NCBI GenBank assembly: GCA_035221665.1
Contig: CM069165.1
Coordinates: 23,312,001 to 23,376,000, forward strand
Source: Okamejei kenojei
Lineage: Eukaryota
Direction of reading: 5' to 3'
Length of the DNA: 64,000 bases
In this document: one piece after another, positions 46,648 to 60,088 of the stretch
Layout of the letters: each line of letters starts with the position of its first letter
How positions within the stretch are numbered: position 1 is the stretch's first letter
Position numbers and translations under genes: made by a program
Notes under the pieces: model-generated
Database searches by the model: none
What the model was told of the DNA's origin: nothing
The model's input: the letters and a program-made list of their open reading frames with translations, nothing else

Positions 46648-49234
46648 ATAGAATAGAATAGTTTCTTTATTGTCATTGTAACATGAACCATGTACAACGA
46701 AATTTAAAAAAATGTCAGCCAGTCAGTGCACCATTCAAATATTTCTAAAAGCTAACGATACATACAAGGTACAATATTAAAAAAGATAAACAACTAAAAT
46801 AAATATGAAAATAGCACGCATAAACACCCAACCCTATAACCTTCTGTCGATTTCACAGTGTACCAACCACAGTCCCTTAGTCCCTGCGTTCCTTAGCGGC
46901 CACATCTAGTGCCTTTATAGCAGTGGGGTAAAAACTGTTTTTAAGTCTGTTTGTCCTTGTCCTTGTAGATCTGTACTGTCTGCCTGACGGCAACAGTTCA
47001 AACAGGGAGTGTCCGGGGTGGGAAATGTCCTTTATAATATTCTGGGATTTTTTGATGCAGCGGGAACTGTGTAAGTCTTCCAAGGTAGGGAGAGGGCAGC
47101 CGACAATCCTCTGGGCGTTGTCAATGGCCCTCTGGAGCGCTTTCCTCTGGGCCGCTGTGCAGCTGGTGTACCACACGCATACACAGTATGTTAGGATGCT
47201 CTCAATGGATCGGAGCACCGATAAAAGGACAGCAGCAGCCTCTGAGTGATGTTATTCTTCCTGAGCACCCTCAGGAAGTGCAGTCTCTGCTGGACCTTTT
47301 TCAGCAGCGCAGAAGTGTTCACGCTCCACGTCAGGTCCTCCTCAATATGGATTCCCAGGAAGCGGAAATCCGCCACCCTCTCCACACAGTCCCCTCTGAT
47401 GATCAGTGGTACCATGTCCGTTTTGTTCTTCCTGAAGTCTATTATTATCTCCTTGGTCTTTAAGGTGTTGAGGAGCAGGTTATTTTCTCCACACCACACT
47501 GTCAGCTGTTCCGCCTCATCCCGATAGGCATTCTCGTCCCCCCCGGAGATGAGTCCCACCACCTTAGTGTCATCCGCAAATTTGACAATGGTGTTGCTGT
47601 GGTGGGTGGGGGTGCAGTCATGTGTGTAGATGGTGTAGAGCAGGGGGCTCAGCACGCAGCCCTGTGGAGAGCCGGTACTGAGGCTGAGGGCCGTGGATGT
47701 GTGGTGGCCCACTCTGATTCTCTGACTGCGACCCGATAGGAAGCTATTTATCCACATGCAGGTGGAGTGTGGAAGTCCCAAGTCCCCCAGTTTGTCCACC
47801 AGTTTGTGGGGAAGGATAGTATTAAAAGCAGAGCTGTAGTCCACAAAGAGCATCCGCACGTAGCTCCCCCGCTGCTCCAGGTGGGACAGTGCAGCATGGA
47901 GAGCTGTGGCTATAGCGTCCTCTGCAGATCTATTCGCTCTGTACGCAAACTGGTGGGGGTCAAAGCTTCGGGGCAGGAGTGATGTGATATGACCCCGGAT
48001 CAGTTTTTCAAAACACTTCATCACCACTGGTGTGAGTGCGACTGGCCTTTAGTCATTGAGGCTGGAAATGTGGGGTTTTTTGGGCAAGGGGACTATGGTT
48101 GCGGACTTCAGACAGGGTGGGACAGTGGACTGGGCTAGAGACTGGTTAAAAATCCTCGTGAGGACTCCAGCCAGCTGGTCTGCGCAGTCCTTCAGCACGC
48201 GTCCAGAGACACCGTCGGGTCCAGTGGCCTTCCTTGGATTGATGGCCCGCAGCGTGCGCCTCACCTCATGCTCCTCTATTTTGAGGGTTAAGCTGCTGTG
48301 GACCGTATGGTGTGATGTGGCTCTCGGGTGGCTCCACTTCAAAGCGAGCAAAGAAGAGGTTCAGCTCTCTGATGCCTCTCTTCAGGTTAGCTCGGGCCAT
48401 GCTGTATAAAGCCCTATCGCCAGACCTAAAAGCGGTGTTCCTCTCTTTTAACAGCCGCTGGGCCTCCCGGGTCATCCAGGGCTTCTGGTTGGGGTAGACC
48501 CTGATGCGTTAGTCCACTGTGACCGTGTCTACGCAGTTTTTAATGTAACACAGTACACTGTCTGTGAACAACTCCAGGTCCCGGTGTTCAAACACATCCC
48601 AGTTGGTCCTGTCGAGGCAGTCCTGTAGCTGCTGAGATGCACCATCAGGCCAGGTTGTGATGGTCTTTGTGATGGGAGGAGCGGTTTTCCTGAGGGGGGC
48701 ATATGCAGGAATTAAAAGCAGGGACATATGGTCCGACTGACCCAGGTGAGGTAATGGTCTAGCCCTGTAGCCCAGCTTGATGTTGGAGTAGACCTTGTCC
48801 AGTGTGTTAGCTCCTCTTGTAGCACATTTAACATGCTGGTAGAATTTGGGGAGCATTTTCTTCAAGTCCGCGTGATTAAAGTCCCCTGCTATGATGTGAA
48901 CACCGTCCGGATATATGCTCTGTTGACTACTAGTGCTACCGTACAAATGTCCGATAGGCGAGTTAGCATTAGCATCCGGTGGTATGTACACAGCAGTTAT
49001 CATGACAACAGTAAACTCTCTAGGGAGATAAATGGGCCTGCATCTAACAGTCACATACTCCAGGTCCGGGGAGCAGTGTCTGTCCACAATCACTGTGTTT
49101 GTACACCAGGTGTTGTTCATGTACACACAGAGCCCTCCTCCTCTGCTCTTACCAGAGTCTCTTGTCCTGTCATGATGCTGTGCTGTGTAGCCTGCTAGCT
49201 CGATAGCAGAGTCCGGAATGAATGAACGAAGCCA
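46648..49234 (-). mobile_element. Rex1/Babar-clade LINE, 5'-truncated, disrupted ORF (APE + RT)
   Basis: APE motifs (SGKSRGGGLCVY, AVYIPP, IAGDFN, SDH) and RT motifs (VMKCFEKL, QFAYRANRS, GSPQGCVLSPLL, KFADD). The frame has stops, frameshifts and an internal deletion. The 3' end is AATAAA plus a (CTATT)n tail. Confidence 0.92.
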
Positions 49235-50489
49235 TATATTAGGGATGAAGTATTTTTCACTAATACCCAAAACATAACTAAAAGTTTGTTCCTTTTCGAA
49301 GTGTCTCTGCAATGATAGTAGGACTTTGAAGATGAATGAAAGGCTACTAATTGCAGGAAAGAGTTAACATAATGCAAAGTGGTAGTAGATCTGAGAGTTT
49401 TGGGGAAGTGGGTGAGTGTTTTATCCAAGTTTCATTCACTAACATGCTTCTTGAGCCACAGTTTATCAATAATTTATCAATGAATGAGTCCATAATTTAT
49501 CAACGAATTAGCAACGGACTGAAGGGAAGCAAATTAGTCCTCATTTCGAGGTTGACCTCACCAAGGAACTTAATTGGGACAAGTTGAACAAATGATTTCT
49601 TTCTACTCTTTGCTCATCAATCAGTTTTTTCGTTAGTTTGCTGAGCACTTTCCTTCCATTTTAAGCTTAGGCTTAAGATTGATGGTTTAATATCTGAAGA
49701 TGTTCTGACATAGGATCTTCAACCTGAAACCTTATCTCTGTTGCTCCACAGGTGCTACCTGACCTGTTGAGTGTTTCCAGTATTTTTAGTTATTGTTTCA
49801 GATTTCCAACATCTGTAGTTTTATTTTGCTTTTCATGATTTAATAACATATGCACTGGAAAGGAATTAGTCAGCTGGTTTTGTTATCTCCTTAGCTCAGG
49901 ATATGTTAATGGTGCTGTAGCTCAAGTCTTAAAGATAGTCTTAAAGTCTTAAAGATCTGCTTTATCCAGTGTATTTCTGATCATATGACTGACAAACTGA
50001 TGAAAAAAAATGAAATCTGCTTTTTAGCTTCTCGCCAGATGTAGACACAAAGAACTGCAGATGCTGGAATCTTATGTAGAACACAAAGTACTGGAGTAAC
50101 TTAGCGGGTCAGGCAGCATCTCTGGAGGACATGGATAGTGATGTTTTCAAATCGGGACCCTTCTTCAGATTTAGTTCCTAGCCTTTGACCAGGTCTTTAG
50201 TGCAGTCCAAGAATATTAGCAACTTTTTGGAAACTCTCCAGACAAATCTGCTTTTTCACTGAGAAAGTTTTACTTCCTGAACTTAACACGAAAGATTGAA
50301 AATAGAACTAATATTCCAGATGTAGGCAAATTTTGTAGTGAAAACTTCTGGGCCTCAGGAGGCTGGATCCATGTCGGAAGGTTTAGGATGAGATATTAAT
50401 AGCAAGAACAGAAATATTATTTTCAGACTATTCTGCACGACTATTGGGAATGTACATGATGATTACCAATGAAAAATATTAATTTAGGT

Positions 50490-50995
50490 CTTCACCTTTA
50501 TTGCTTGGAGATTCTGGGGCAATTCCTTGGCTGCCTGCATGTCTGTGTTTGCAGCTTTACCAGAGATACGGATGCAGGTTAGGGCATTATTTCAATCTGT
50601 CAAACCAACCTTTGCCAGCTGCGAATGTTTCTGAGCTATCTATCTCCTTCTTCTTCCAGTAAGTGTTTCTGAACTACTTCCTTCTTCTTCCAGTAAGCTC
50701 CTTGCTTTTTCCATGATTATAAGTTGGCTTAATGGCTTGTTGCAATGTGTTTGGTCATCCACCCAAATGCAAAACATATCTTCCATTTCTCCAAAGAAAA
50801 ATTGCTCCTTGACCGAGTCAACTACATTGCTGATAACCGTGAGGTTGGCATGGCAGAAGCTTTTATCTCAACTGAATTTTTAATAAAGGTTCTAATCATT
50901 GATTCAGTCCAGTTCAAAGATTTATCAACATCCATATGATGCTCACCAGCTTCCAAATGCCTCAACACTTGTAGTTTTTACATCCAATGGACACT
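50490..50995 (-). mobile_element. Tigger/pogo transposase N-terminal fossil (CENP-B-type HTH)
   Basis: Frameshifted translation: LQVLRHLEAGE...ESMIRTFIKN...TRSRS / EMEDMFCIWVDDQTHCNKPLSQLIIMEKARSL / AGKGWFDRLK / ISGKAANTD. Confidence 0.75.
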
Positions 50996-51009
50996 GTGGG
51001 GATGTAGCA

Positions 51010-51250
51010 TTTGTCATGGAGTCTTTGAACGCATCCTTGAATCTTTTCCTTTATCAACCTACTAATCCTTTCCCATGACAGAGCTTGGAGTAAAGTATAT
51101 TTTTCTTGAGTATTATACTTGGCAGATAATCAATGTCAGTCTGGCTAATGTTGCTGACTGAGTCTGTCCTCAATGCCGGGGATATTGACCTGGGACAGGA
51201 TATTGACGTTGCCTTGCTTCCACATACAGTGAATCTGCGTGTGGATATAA
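51010..51250 (-). mobile_element. RTE-clade LINE fragment
   Basis: KNILYSKLCHGKGL..RKRFKDAFK resembles the RTE C-terminal KQILYSEL..GKR..G.QRKRFKD motif. Confidence 0.6.
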
Positions 51251-54200
51251 CTATGCACTGGATTTCAACAAGGGATGAATGCATTAGAGAACCTAAAGGC
51301 ACCAGGCAAATTCAAGTCTCATTGTTCTATTGTAGAATTTTAATCATGGCAGCTCAATTTTAGGGTTAATGTCTGTGCCTCTGAGATATAATTGTATTTC
51401 CAATTTTTCTGCTGGACTGTTCATTGTGCCTGAGAGTACGTAGTTCTATTTTAGGTCACACAATCATTGGTCTGTGGTACGGTGTAGCTTTAATTGTAAC
51501 ACATATTGTAACTTAGAGCAAATGCATGGAAGTGAATCACTGACAATTCCACACAACTCTTTCTGCAATGGTTTTATTCAAAGACAGTCTGACTCTGCTC
51601 TTTCCCCCACCTTGGCCTGCTTCCACGGGTCAGTTTTGATCAATGGGTTTCTGTGATATTACTTGGTGTTACTATTTCCCAGGGACTACTGTGTGATTGC
51701 TTCCTCACTGCCAGACCTTGAATCAAACACCAAATCTGTACTCATTTACTGTAAGGGCAATCGAGGAAATGAAGCGGGAAGAGGTAGTGAGACCGGGTTA
51801 AACCATCAAACGAATGTTGGAAGATTTGTTATGATTGTGGGTGTTCTTAGTGCAGATTGTGCCAACATGCAGAAATCCACCTTAAGACAATGATCATGGG
51901 ATAGTGTTTCCATGCTAGGAAAGATGACTGGCAGTTTCCACACTGTCCCAAAACACTTTACAGCCAGTGAAGTATTTCTTAAGTATAGTAATGACTGTAA
52001 TGTAGGATATGATTGTGCTGGAGAGAATGCGGAACGGATTGATTTTGCTGGAGAGATCACAGAGGAGATGTATCAGGATGTTGCCTGGATTGGAAGACTT
52101 CAGTTATGGAGAGAGATTGGCTTGTTTTCACTGGAACAAAGAAGACGAAGGGGTGACCTAATAGAAGCATAAGATTATGTGAGGAATGGTTGGATAGACA
52201 AAACCTTAAAGGTAGATGTTTTATAGGGGGTCCGAAGGGTATGTTGTTTTTACTCAGTGGTTGATATCTGCAATTGAGGTAGTGGAATCAGATACAATGA
52301 CTTCTTTTAAGTGGACACTTAAAAAGCAAGGCATTGAAGGATAGGTTCCTAATATGGGCCAATGGGATTCGTATAGATGAGATGAGGACCCAAGATATCG
52401 CGTCCATGTATCCCAGATATGCTGCCTGACCCACTAAGTTACTCCAGCACTTTGTATCTTTTTTTGTAAGCAAGTAATTTTTATTTATATAGCATTTTAA
52501 AATCAAATCACGTTGAAGCCAAAGTGCTTTAAAGAGAAGAAATGAGATTACCATACATCCATATAAAATAAAAAAAAACAGAGTTTGTAAACCAGAATCT
52601 GCAGTTCATTGTCTCACCTAAATGTTGACAGATGTTGATTATTCTGTTTGGTAAATTTCTATGACAAATATTATGTGCCTTTTGATCTGATGGTTGTGCA
52701 CTTGAATAACCAGACATCATTAAATAGTTCTATTTAAGCAACGTATCCTTTAAGATAATGTTGTGTGCAAAGTCTCAGCAATGTGTTTAAGTGATTTGTT
52801 TGGGTGATGCTAATTCTTCAAAATTGCTCATATCTACTGGAATTAAAGATTAATGTCTACAAGCAGTGCAGATCCAAAGGTACAGGATTCACACACGCTT
52901 CATGAAAATGTGAAAGATAGATATAGAGATTATTCTGGACTTGGCATCGAGCACACTGATGCACAAGGTACACTCTACTACACAAAGCCCTGGTTTGACT
53001 GCACCTGGAGCAGAGTGCAGTCCCAGGCATCACACTTTATAGGTTTTGGCTTGGAGGGAATGCAACAGAGATTTTTATACCAGTGTTATATCCAGTTCCC
53101 AGGAGTTAACTTACCAAAGAAGATTATGCAAATTATATTTCCTGGAATTTTGCATCATGATGTGATACTCAAATTAAATAAAACCTATACTGTTGACAAG
53201 AGTCTGGGTAATTTTGGCCTTGGGTGCACAATCAAAAAATTACAGTTACATCTTTCACAAATAAAATTACATGCAGAGGATAGGATAAACTTGAAAGGCA
53301 ATTAATGCTACACCAATTGTTAATTTTATGATTTAAGTTTTGAAAATATGTTAAGTGAAAGAATTAAGGGATCTCGGGAAGAGGCACACAAAAGAGTTAA
53401 GTTACTGATCAACCATGATCTCACTGAATGAGAAGGCTCAAAATGCTAACTGGCTTCTTATTCTTATTGTCCTATGTTCTAATAATTGGCCTAAAGGCCT
53501 AATACTTTGCATGGTATATGTGATATAGGTTGTGAATAATTCTTGTTATATTTAAGTATTGCGACATGTGACTAACTACTCGAAGGGTTGCAGTTAATGG
53601 TCATTGTTAGTTCCAGAGACTGTTTGTGAAGTGCGCTTGAAATGACTGCATGCACTTTTGATTGAGCTCCTCATGTCTCACAGGTATGTCTGTACACTCT
53701 GCAATGGACTTCATTAGAGGTTAAGAACTTATTGAGTGCACAGGATTTACACTTTGGAATTAAACTGTGAAATAATGAGCGTATAAATCCTAAGTACGTC
53801 TGGATAATGTCGTCTGCATACTTCTTTAGCAGAGGCAAAGGCTGTTTTATTTTACATAGGTTAACACACTTCCCTCTCAATATTGCAGACCAATTTCTTT
53901 CCAATGTACAAAATATACATTGATAATGAACTGGCTAACCAAGATTTGTTGTTTTAAAAGGGGTGCTCCTAGAGTTAACTTGGGTCGGATTCCTGTTGAC
54001 TGGAATATTTAATCACAGTGTATTTTGATGGCCCTGGTCTTTAAGCATATTAGTTATCAGAACTGTTGTATTTGGCACTAATTAGTATGTAACGTAATGG
54101 AATAGAGAAAAGGTAAGAATAGGGAAAAGTCTGATAGACTGAATATCCTGCAAACATTTGACATTAGTCTGTAACAGAACCAGGAGAAAGAAGACTATAA

Positions 54201-55379
54201 CAAATAATAAACTGCTGGAGGAACTCAGCAGATCAGGCAGCATCTGTGGCAGGAAATAAACAGTTGACATTTTGGCGTCCTCTGAACCTAAAATGTTGAC
54301 TGCTCATTCCCCTCCACAGATGCTGCCTGACCCTCCACAGTTTGGTATTTTGTTTCAGATTCCAGCATTTGCAGTCTCTTGTGTCTCCAAAAGGAGACTA
54401 TAACCCTGAGTATATAAGAATAAAAAAAAATACAGCTTCTGATTTCATGATTTTCTAGTGGATTTCTGAAGATTAATTTTATAATAGAGAGTTTGAACAG
54501 GAATCACTGGGAATTAGGAAGATACGCTCAGTAAGTAACGATCTTATCGGTGTAAGATCATCAATGATTAATGTATCATCGACCATTACATTACTTTATT
54601 TTACTGGCATGTTCCTTAAACTTATTTCATCCACTATTGTCCAGAAGCAAATCTGCAGATGCTGGAAATCTGAAGTAGAACAAAAAATGCTAGATACACT
54701 CACCTTGACAGGCTGCACTTGTGGGGAGGACAAGGTAACTTGGCAAAGATATGGAAAACAAGTATTAACATGCAGACAAAGGGTGGAGAAGGAAGAACAA
54801 AGGGGAAGGTGTGTGATTGCGGACAGGAGGGAAGATTAAATACCAAAAGGAGTGTGGAGCCAGGTGGAAGGGTGCATTGAAGGCCAGTTAATTACAGAGA
54901 ACCAATAAATGTGTGAAATCAAAAGAAATGATAGATAAAAACAAACTAAGCTGAAAATGTGAAAACTCAATCTAATGAGTCATAACTGACACAAGAGACT
55001 GCAGATGCTGGAGGCTGGAGCATAAAACAAACTACTGGATGAATTTTGCAGGTCAGGAAGCATCTGTGAAGAGAAATTGAATTATATTCTATTTTCTTGG
55101 TAGATTGCATGGGTGACAGCCTGAATAAAACAAAGTTGGATTTGTTTTAAGCTTTCATCACAAACTGGAATGCCGGGGCAAACACACAGTTTCTTTGGTT
55201 TTATGGTAACCAGGTAGCACAACAACTGAAACTGCAGCAAATAAAATATACCCATTACCCAACGAACATGGAGGTCAAATAATGATTACTCCCAGGTTTT
55301 TAAAGATTTTTAAAACTATTTTCTTTATCCCTTCAGCTGTCCCAACTCTCTTCTCTCAGATCAGCTCATGCCTTCTTTT

Positions 55380-55985
55380 GGTTTAGTTTATTATTATCTA
55401 GTGTACCATGGTTCATGTAAAGCTTTTGCTTGCGTGGTATCCAGTCAAAGAAAAGACTATACATGATTCCAATCAAAAGTCTTCCACTGTACACAGGTAT
55501 AGAATTAAGGGTACAACATTTAGTGCAAGATAAAGTCTGATTAAAAATAGTTCACAGGTCTCCAATGAAGTAGATGGTAGGTCAGGACTGCACTCCAGCT
55601 GATGAGAGGACTGTTCAGTTGCCTGATAACAGCTAGGATGAAACTGTTCCTGAATCTGGAGGTATGTGTTTTCAAACTTCTATATCTCTTGCTTGAGGGG
55701 AGAAGAGGCAGTGACCAGGGTGAGAGTCATCCTTGATTATTCTGCTGGACTTGTTGAGGCAGTGTGAGGTGTAGATGGAGTCAACGTTGGTTTGCGTGAT
55801 GGTCTGGGCTACATCCACAACTTTCTACAATTTCTTGTAGTCTTGCATGGAGATGTTCCCAGACCAAACTATATTGTATCCCAATAAAATGCTTTCAGCG
55901 GCTCATCTGTAGAATTTGGTTAGGGTTGTTGGGAACATGCCGAACTTCCTAGGCCTTCTGAGAAAGTAGAGGCATTGGTGTTCTT
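55380..55985 (-). mobile_element. Rex1/Babar-like LINE 3' fragment, degenerate
   Basis: Similar to 44750-45540 and 16390-16730 (ctctactttctcagaaggctaggaagttcggcatg on minus strand). Confidence 0.55.
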
Positions 55986-56957
55986 CTGTCCAGTTTTAGA
56001 ATTGGCAGTGGGTGGAACTATCCCAAAGGAATACATTTCACATGGTTCAATTTTTGGATATACCAAAGGCAGAACAAGAACATTTTTCTCACACACAATC
56101 CAATATTTCTCATATCTCGGAGGGATCTGTTGATTGCTGAGTTTACATCAATACTATACAAAATGGATTGGGGATACCTAGTCGCTATCATAGAAACAGA
56201 TACGGTTGCATCTGCTTACATAAGGAGGCAAGAAGATAAACTTTTTAATAAGCCCTTTAATACATTTTTGGGATGTGAATGTTACAATAAGAGGGGAATG
56301 GAGGGGATGAATGCACAAATACTTTTACCTAAGTGATGGGAATCAAAAACCATATGATATAAATTTAAGGTGAGAGGGACCAGATTTATTATGAACCTGA
56401 GGGACAATATTTTCACTGATGGTGGTGGATATATGGAACAAGCTTGCAGAGGAGGTAGTTGAGGCAGGAACTGTAACAGCATTTACAAGACTCGGACAGA
56501 TACATGGATAGGAAAGGTTTAGAGGGATATTGGCGAAATGTGGGCAAATGGGACTAGCTTAGATGAGGCACCTTGGTCAATATGGACTTGTCAGGCCAGA
56601 GAGCCTGTTTCCAATCTATGTTAATTTGTAATTCCCTCTGCTTCGGTGTGAGATCTGCAATGGGAGGCCAGGGGATTTGCCGGTGATTCCAACATTAAAA
56701 TCACCTTATGTCACAGTGGTAACGCCCACTTGCAGAAATCTGGAAATGATTGGATTATATAACGTGTTTGGTGATATAGAAACTTTGGAAAGAATGAAAT
56801 CATTTAAAATCGGGAAATAGCTTCAGGCCACACAAAGATTTTCTAGATAGGGATTGGATACAATGAAAGCTGCACGACAGAACTTCTGAAGAAGGGTCTC
56901 GACGCGAAACGTCACCCATTCCTTCTCTCCAGAGATGTTGCCTGTCCCGCTGAGTTA

Positions 56958-57446
56958 ATGGCCTGTCCCACCAGCATGCGTTTGCGTGCGTCTAGCTTGA
57001 GGTCGCTTGAGGCGTACGGCCTCGCGGGGCTGGTCCCAATTCGAACTGCGGAGGCGTATGGAGTTGTGTGGGGCTGGTCCCGACATCATACTCACAAATC
57101 AGCTGGGCAGGAGGCGGACCGACTGAATTTAAACGTCGCACGGCGTCGGGCGGTGACGCCACCTCGCAATGCCACGCGCTAGGCGTACGCCATCAAGACG
57201 CTGCGTACGACGTCCAAGACGCTGCGTATGTCCTCAATGCGGCTGCGGGCCGACAGGCTGTTAGCGCGGGGGATTTTTTTTGTTTTTCAGTTTTTCGGAG
57301 CCCCGCGCGATGTCGGGACCAGCCCCGCACAACTCCATACGCCTCCGGCGATCGAAGTGGGACCGGCCCCGCGAGGCCGTACGGCTCAAGCGACCACGTT
57401 AGGTCGCGCTCGCCGCATGCAGCCGCATGCTGGTGGGACAGGCCCT
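56958..57446. mobile_element. PIF/Harbinger MITE inserted into a Penelope-derived element
   Basis: TIRs A(T/G)GGCCTGTCCCACCAGCATGCG; TTA TSD; removing it restores the host sequence gctgagTTActcc. Confidence 0.88.
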
Positions 57447-57569
57447 TTACTCCTGCACTTTGTGTCTATAATTCAATGTAAACCAGCATCTGCAGTTCCT
57501 TCCTACACCTCTCACTTAGAACAGTATAGCACAGGGAGGAGGCCCTTCAACCCACAACGGTTGATGCCA

Positions 57570-57920
57570 AGAGCTACTTATCTGCCCGGCAGCATCTCCC
57601 GGCGAGGCTGTGCTGCGCGCCCCTGCAGCAGCCGCCACTGGGGTCCCGGCCGGCCGCCGGCGGGGAAGGGGAGCAGGGCCCGCGCCCGGGCCGGCCGCGG
57701 TTGCTAAGCGACGGCGTGCGCGGTCCGCGCCCAACCTCCACCCCCCCGCCCGCTTCCGTGTCAACTTCCGGCGCGCGGGTCTCATGCATCCGCCGCTGGC
57801 GCCGCGGCTGCAGTCGGCTCGGAGCTCGGAGCTCTCCCCTCTCCCGAGAAACCACCGACGGGTGAGTAGAGGAGTCCGGGATGGCTCGTCCTCTTGGCTC
57901 CCGTCCGTCCGGGATGGGTG
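57570..57920 (+). promoter_or_regulatory. CpG-island promoter and putative first exon (donor at 57862), probably of CSGALNACT2
   Basis: Very GC/CpG-rich non-repeat DNA; GC box near 57744; ETS sites CTTCCG at 57753 and 57765; X-box-like GTTGCTAAGCGAC at 57700; donor CGG|gtgagt. Gene identity rests only on known RET-CSGALNACT2 synteny. Confidence 0.65.
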
Positions 57921-59809
57921 CACCCTCCCCTGCTCTAGCTCCACTCACCTCCCCATCCATTTCACCGTTTGTGATGCCGCGTTGTCACCTTCACCTCAGC
58001 CAACTATCAACCAACCGTTCTACATTTCCTTCTTCGCCGCCTGCTTTCATCTGTGTAGGGGGGAAACTGCACCCAAAACAAGACTCAAAGTGCCGGAGTA
58101 ACTCAGCGGGACAGGCAGCGTCTCTGGAGAGAAGGAATGGGTGACTTTTCGGGTCGAGACTGTCGTTTTGACCTCATTCTTCACACACATAACCCCAGTC
58201 TCCCTCTCCCCTGACTATCAGTCCAAAGAAGGGTCTCGACTCGAAACATCACCCATTCCTTCTCTCCAAAGATGCTGCCCGACTGTTATTGCTACATGTT
58301 GTGTCTATCTTCATTGTAAACCTGCATCTGCTGTTCCTTCCTGCATCTCATGTCCTCTCCACACCAAACTTGCACCGTCCCTTGATTACCCTCCAGACCC
58401 TACTCTCGTCCAGATCTTTTCTTTTTCTTCCGTTCTGCACTACTTTCTCCCAACACTATCATCACAAGATCAATGCTCATATCCTGATCTTAACTCATAA
58501 TCAGTCCATCCCAATGTTTACCCCCTTGGTCAAATTGACCATCAATTGCTTTCCCCCCCCCCCCCCCCCCCCCCCCGTTAAAATGTTATTCATCTCAACC
58601 AGTGCTGTCAATCTCGCCCATCTGTGAAAATAATCTTGTAAATTTTGTTTTAATAGTGACTAATAGCTGACCGCTTTGACCTCTCTTAGTTTAGTTTTAT
58701 TGTCTCATGTACGGAGGTGCAATGAAAAGTTTTAAAATTGTATTTGCATTTCTTCTTGCAAGCCCTTTAAAAGTGCCCTAAAATGTAGACATTGGAGTTC
58801 TGTTCTGATGCAATATGTTTTTTTTCCATGCCTTAATAACATCCTGTTGCCAGTTGTACCATGTCCAGTTTGCTATAATGAAATACGGGGGTTGGTAATT
58901 ACAGAAAAACAAATAAAAATAAAAGTATGCACAAAATACCTTATGATTGGTTAGAGTTACAGCGAGCAGAATAAACCATTGTTTTTCGTCATGTTTTAGC
59001 TTTGCAGAACTTGGAATGATAACAGCAAAGCACGCTGCCTCTTGAGTTCCTGCTAGAATAATGCAATTGTTTTGAATCGCTTGCCCTTTATCTATTGCCC
59101 TGCAATTATTTTTGAATAGTGATCCGACTTCCTTTTGAAATCCATAAATGAATCTGCCTACATACCCCGTCAGGCAATGTATACCTGATGCTAATCACAT
59201 GCTGTAAAAAAGAAGAGTTTTTATTTGTACTGTTTTTTGGTTCTGCTGTCAATTGCTTTATAGCTATTGACTCTGGTTCTTAATATTTCTCATCAATTTG
59301 TAAATGTTTCTCTCTACCTTGTTTCTCTGGCTAGATTCTTCATTATTTTCAGCACCTGTTTCAAACTTCTCTATCACACCAAGGAGTGATAGGTTGCAGG
59401 GAAATAAATGTGGAATCGACAGACATGATTTTCCTGAGTGCTGAAATAGTGCCGATGAACCAATTGTCCTCCTCCATTGGAAGGAAATATAGAAATATCG
59501 AAATATTTGCAGCTATTGACAAAACAGTGTTTTTAAATAGTTCATTATAACTTCTCAATGTTTGTGGTCTGTCTCTTTTTTTAACCTAGGATCCCTGTGC
59601 AGGTCAGACAGAAGGGTCAGTATGGGAGGGGAAGGGGAGATGAAATGGTAAGCAACCAGGAGAAGTAAAAATCGGTTAACCAGTGCCACAGTTCACAACG
59701 ATATATCCCTCTTTGGATTACACCATCCCTCACCATCAATTGGCCTCTCTGGGAACCACCTGCATGAAGTCATCTGTTTTGCCAGTCCTGGTCTTTTCTT
59801 ACTTCCAGA

Positions 59810-60088
59810 CAATAAACAATAGGTGCAGGAGTAGGCCATTCGGCCCTTCGAGCCAGCACCGCCATTCAATGTGATCATGGCTGATCATCCCCAATCAGTA
59901 CCCCCTTCCTGCCTTTTCCCCATATCACCTGACCGCTATCTTTAAGAGCCCTATCCAGCTCTCTCTTGAAAGCATCCAGAGAACCTGCCTCCACCGCCCT
60001 ATGAGGCAGAGAATTCCACACACAACTCTCTGTGAGAAAAAGTGTTTCCTTGTCTCCGTTGTAAATGGCTTACCCCTTATTCTTAAAG
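59810..60088 (-). mobile_element. CR1/HER1 LINE 3' fragment (further pieces near 20710, 25800, 31830, 34160, 52050, 56330 and 60340-61620)
   Basis: LRIRGKPFTTETRKHFFSQRVV plus the conserved 3' UTR. Confidence 0.82.

Noticed and set aside
52853-53305. 150-aa ORF on the + strand
   Set aside because: Contains decayed CR1 RT text (LYYTKPWFDCTWSRVQ resembles LY..LVRP.LEY.VQ); not a host gene.
53671-53904. 77-aa minus-strand ORF in unique-looking DNA
   Set aside because: No recognisable homology, splice context or codon signal.
55195-55212. X-box-like GTTTTATGGTAAC
   Set aside because: Isolated imperfect motif without promoter context; expected by chance.
56958-58101. Several overlapping 120-160 aa ORFs
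   Set aside because: By-products of GC-rich MITE and CpG-island DNA; low complexity and no recognisable domain.
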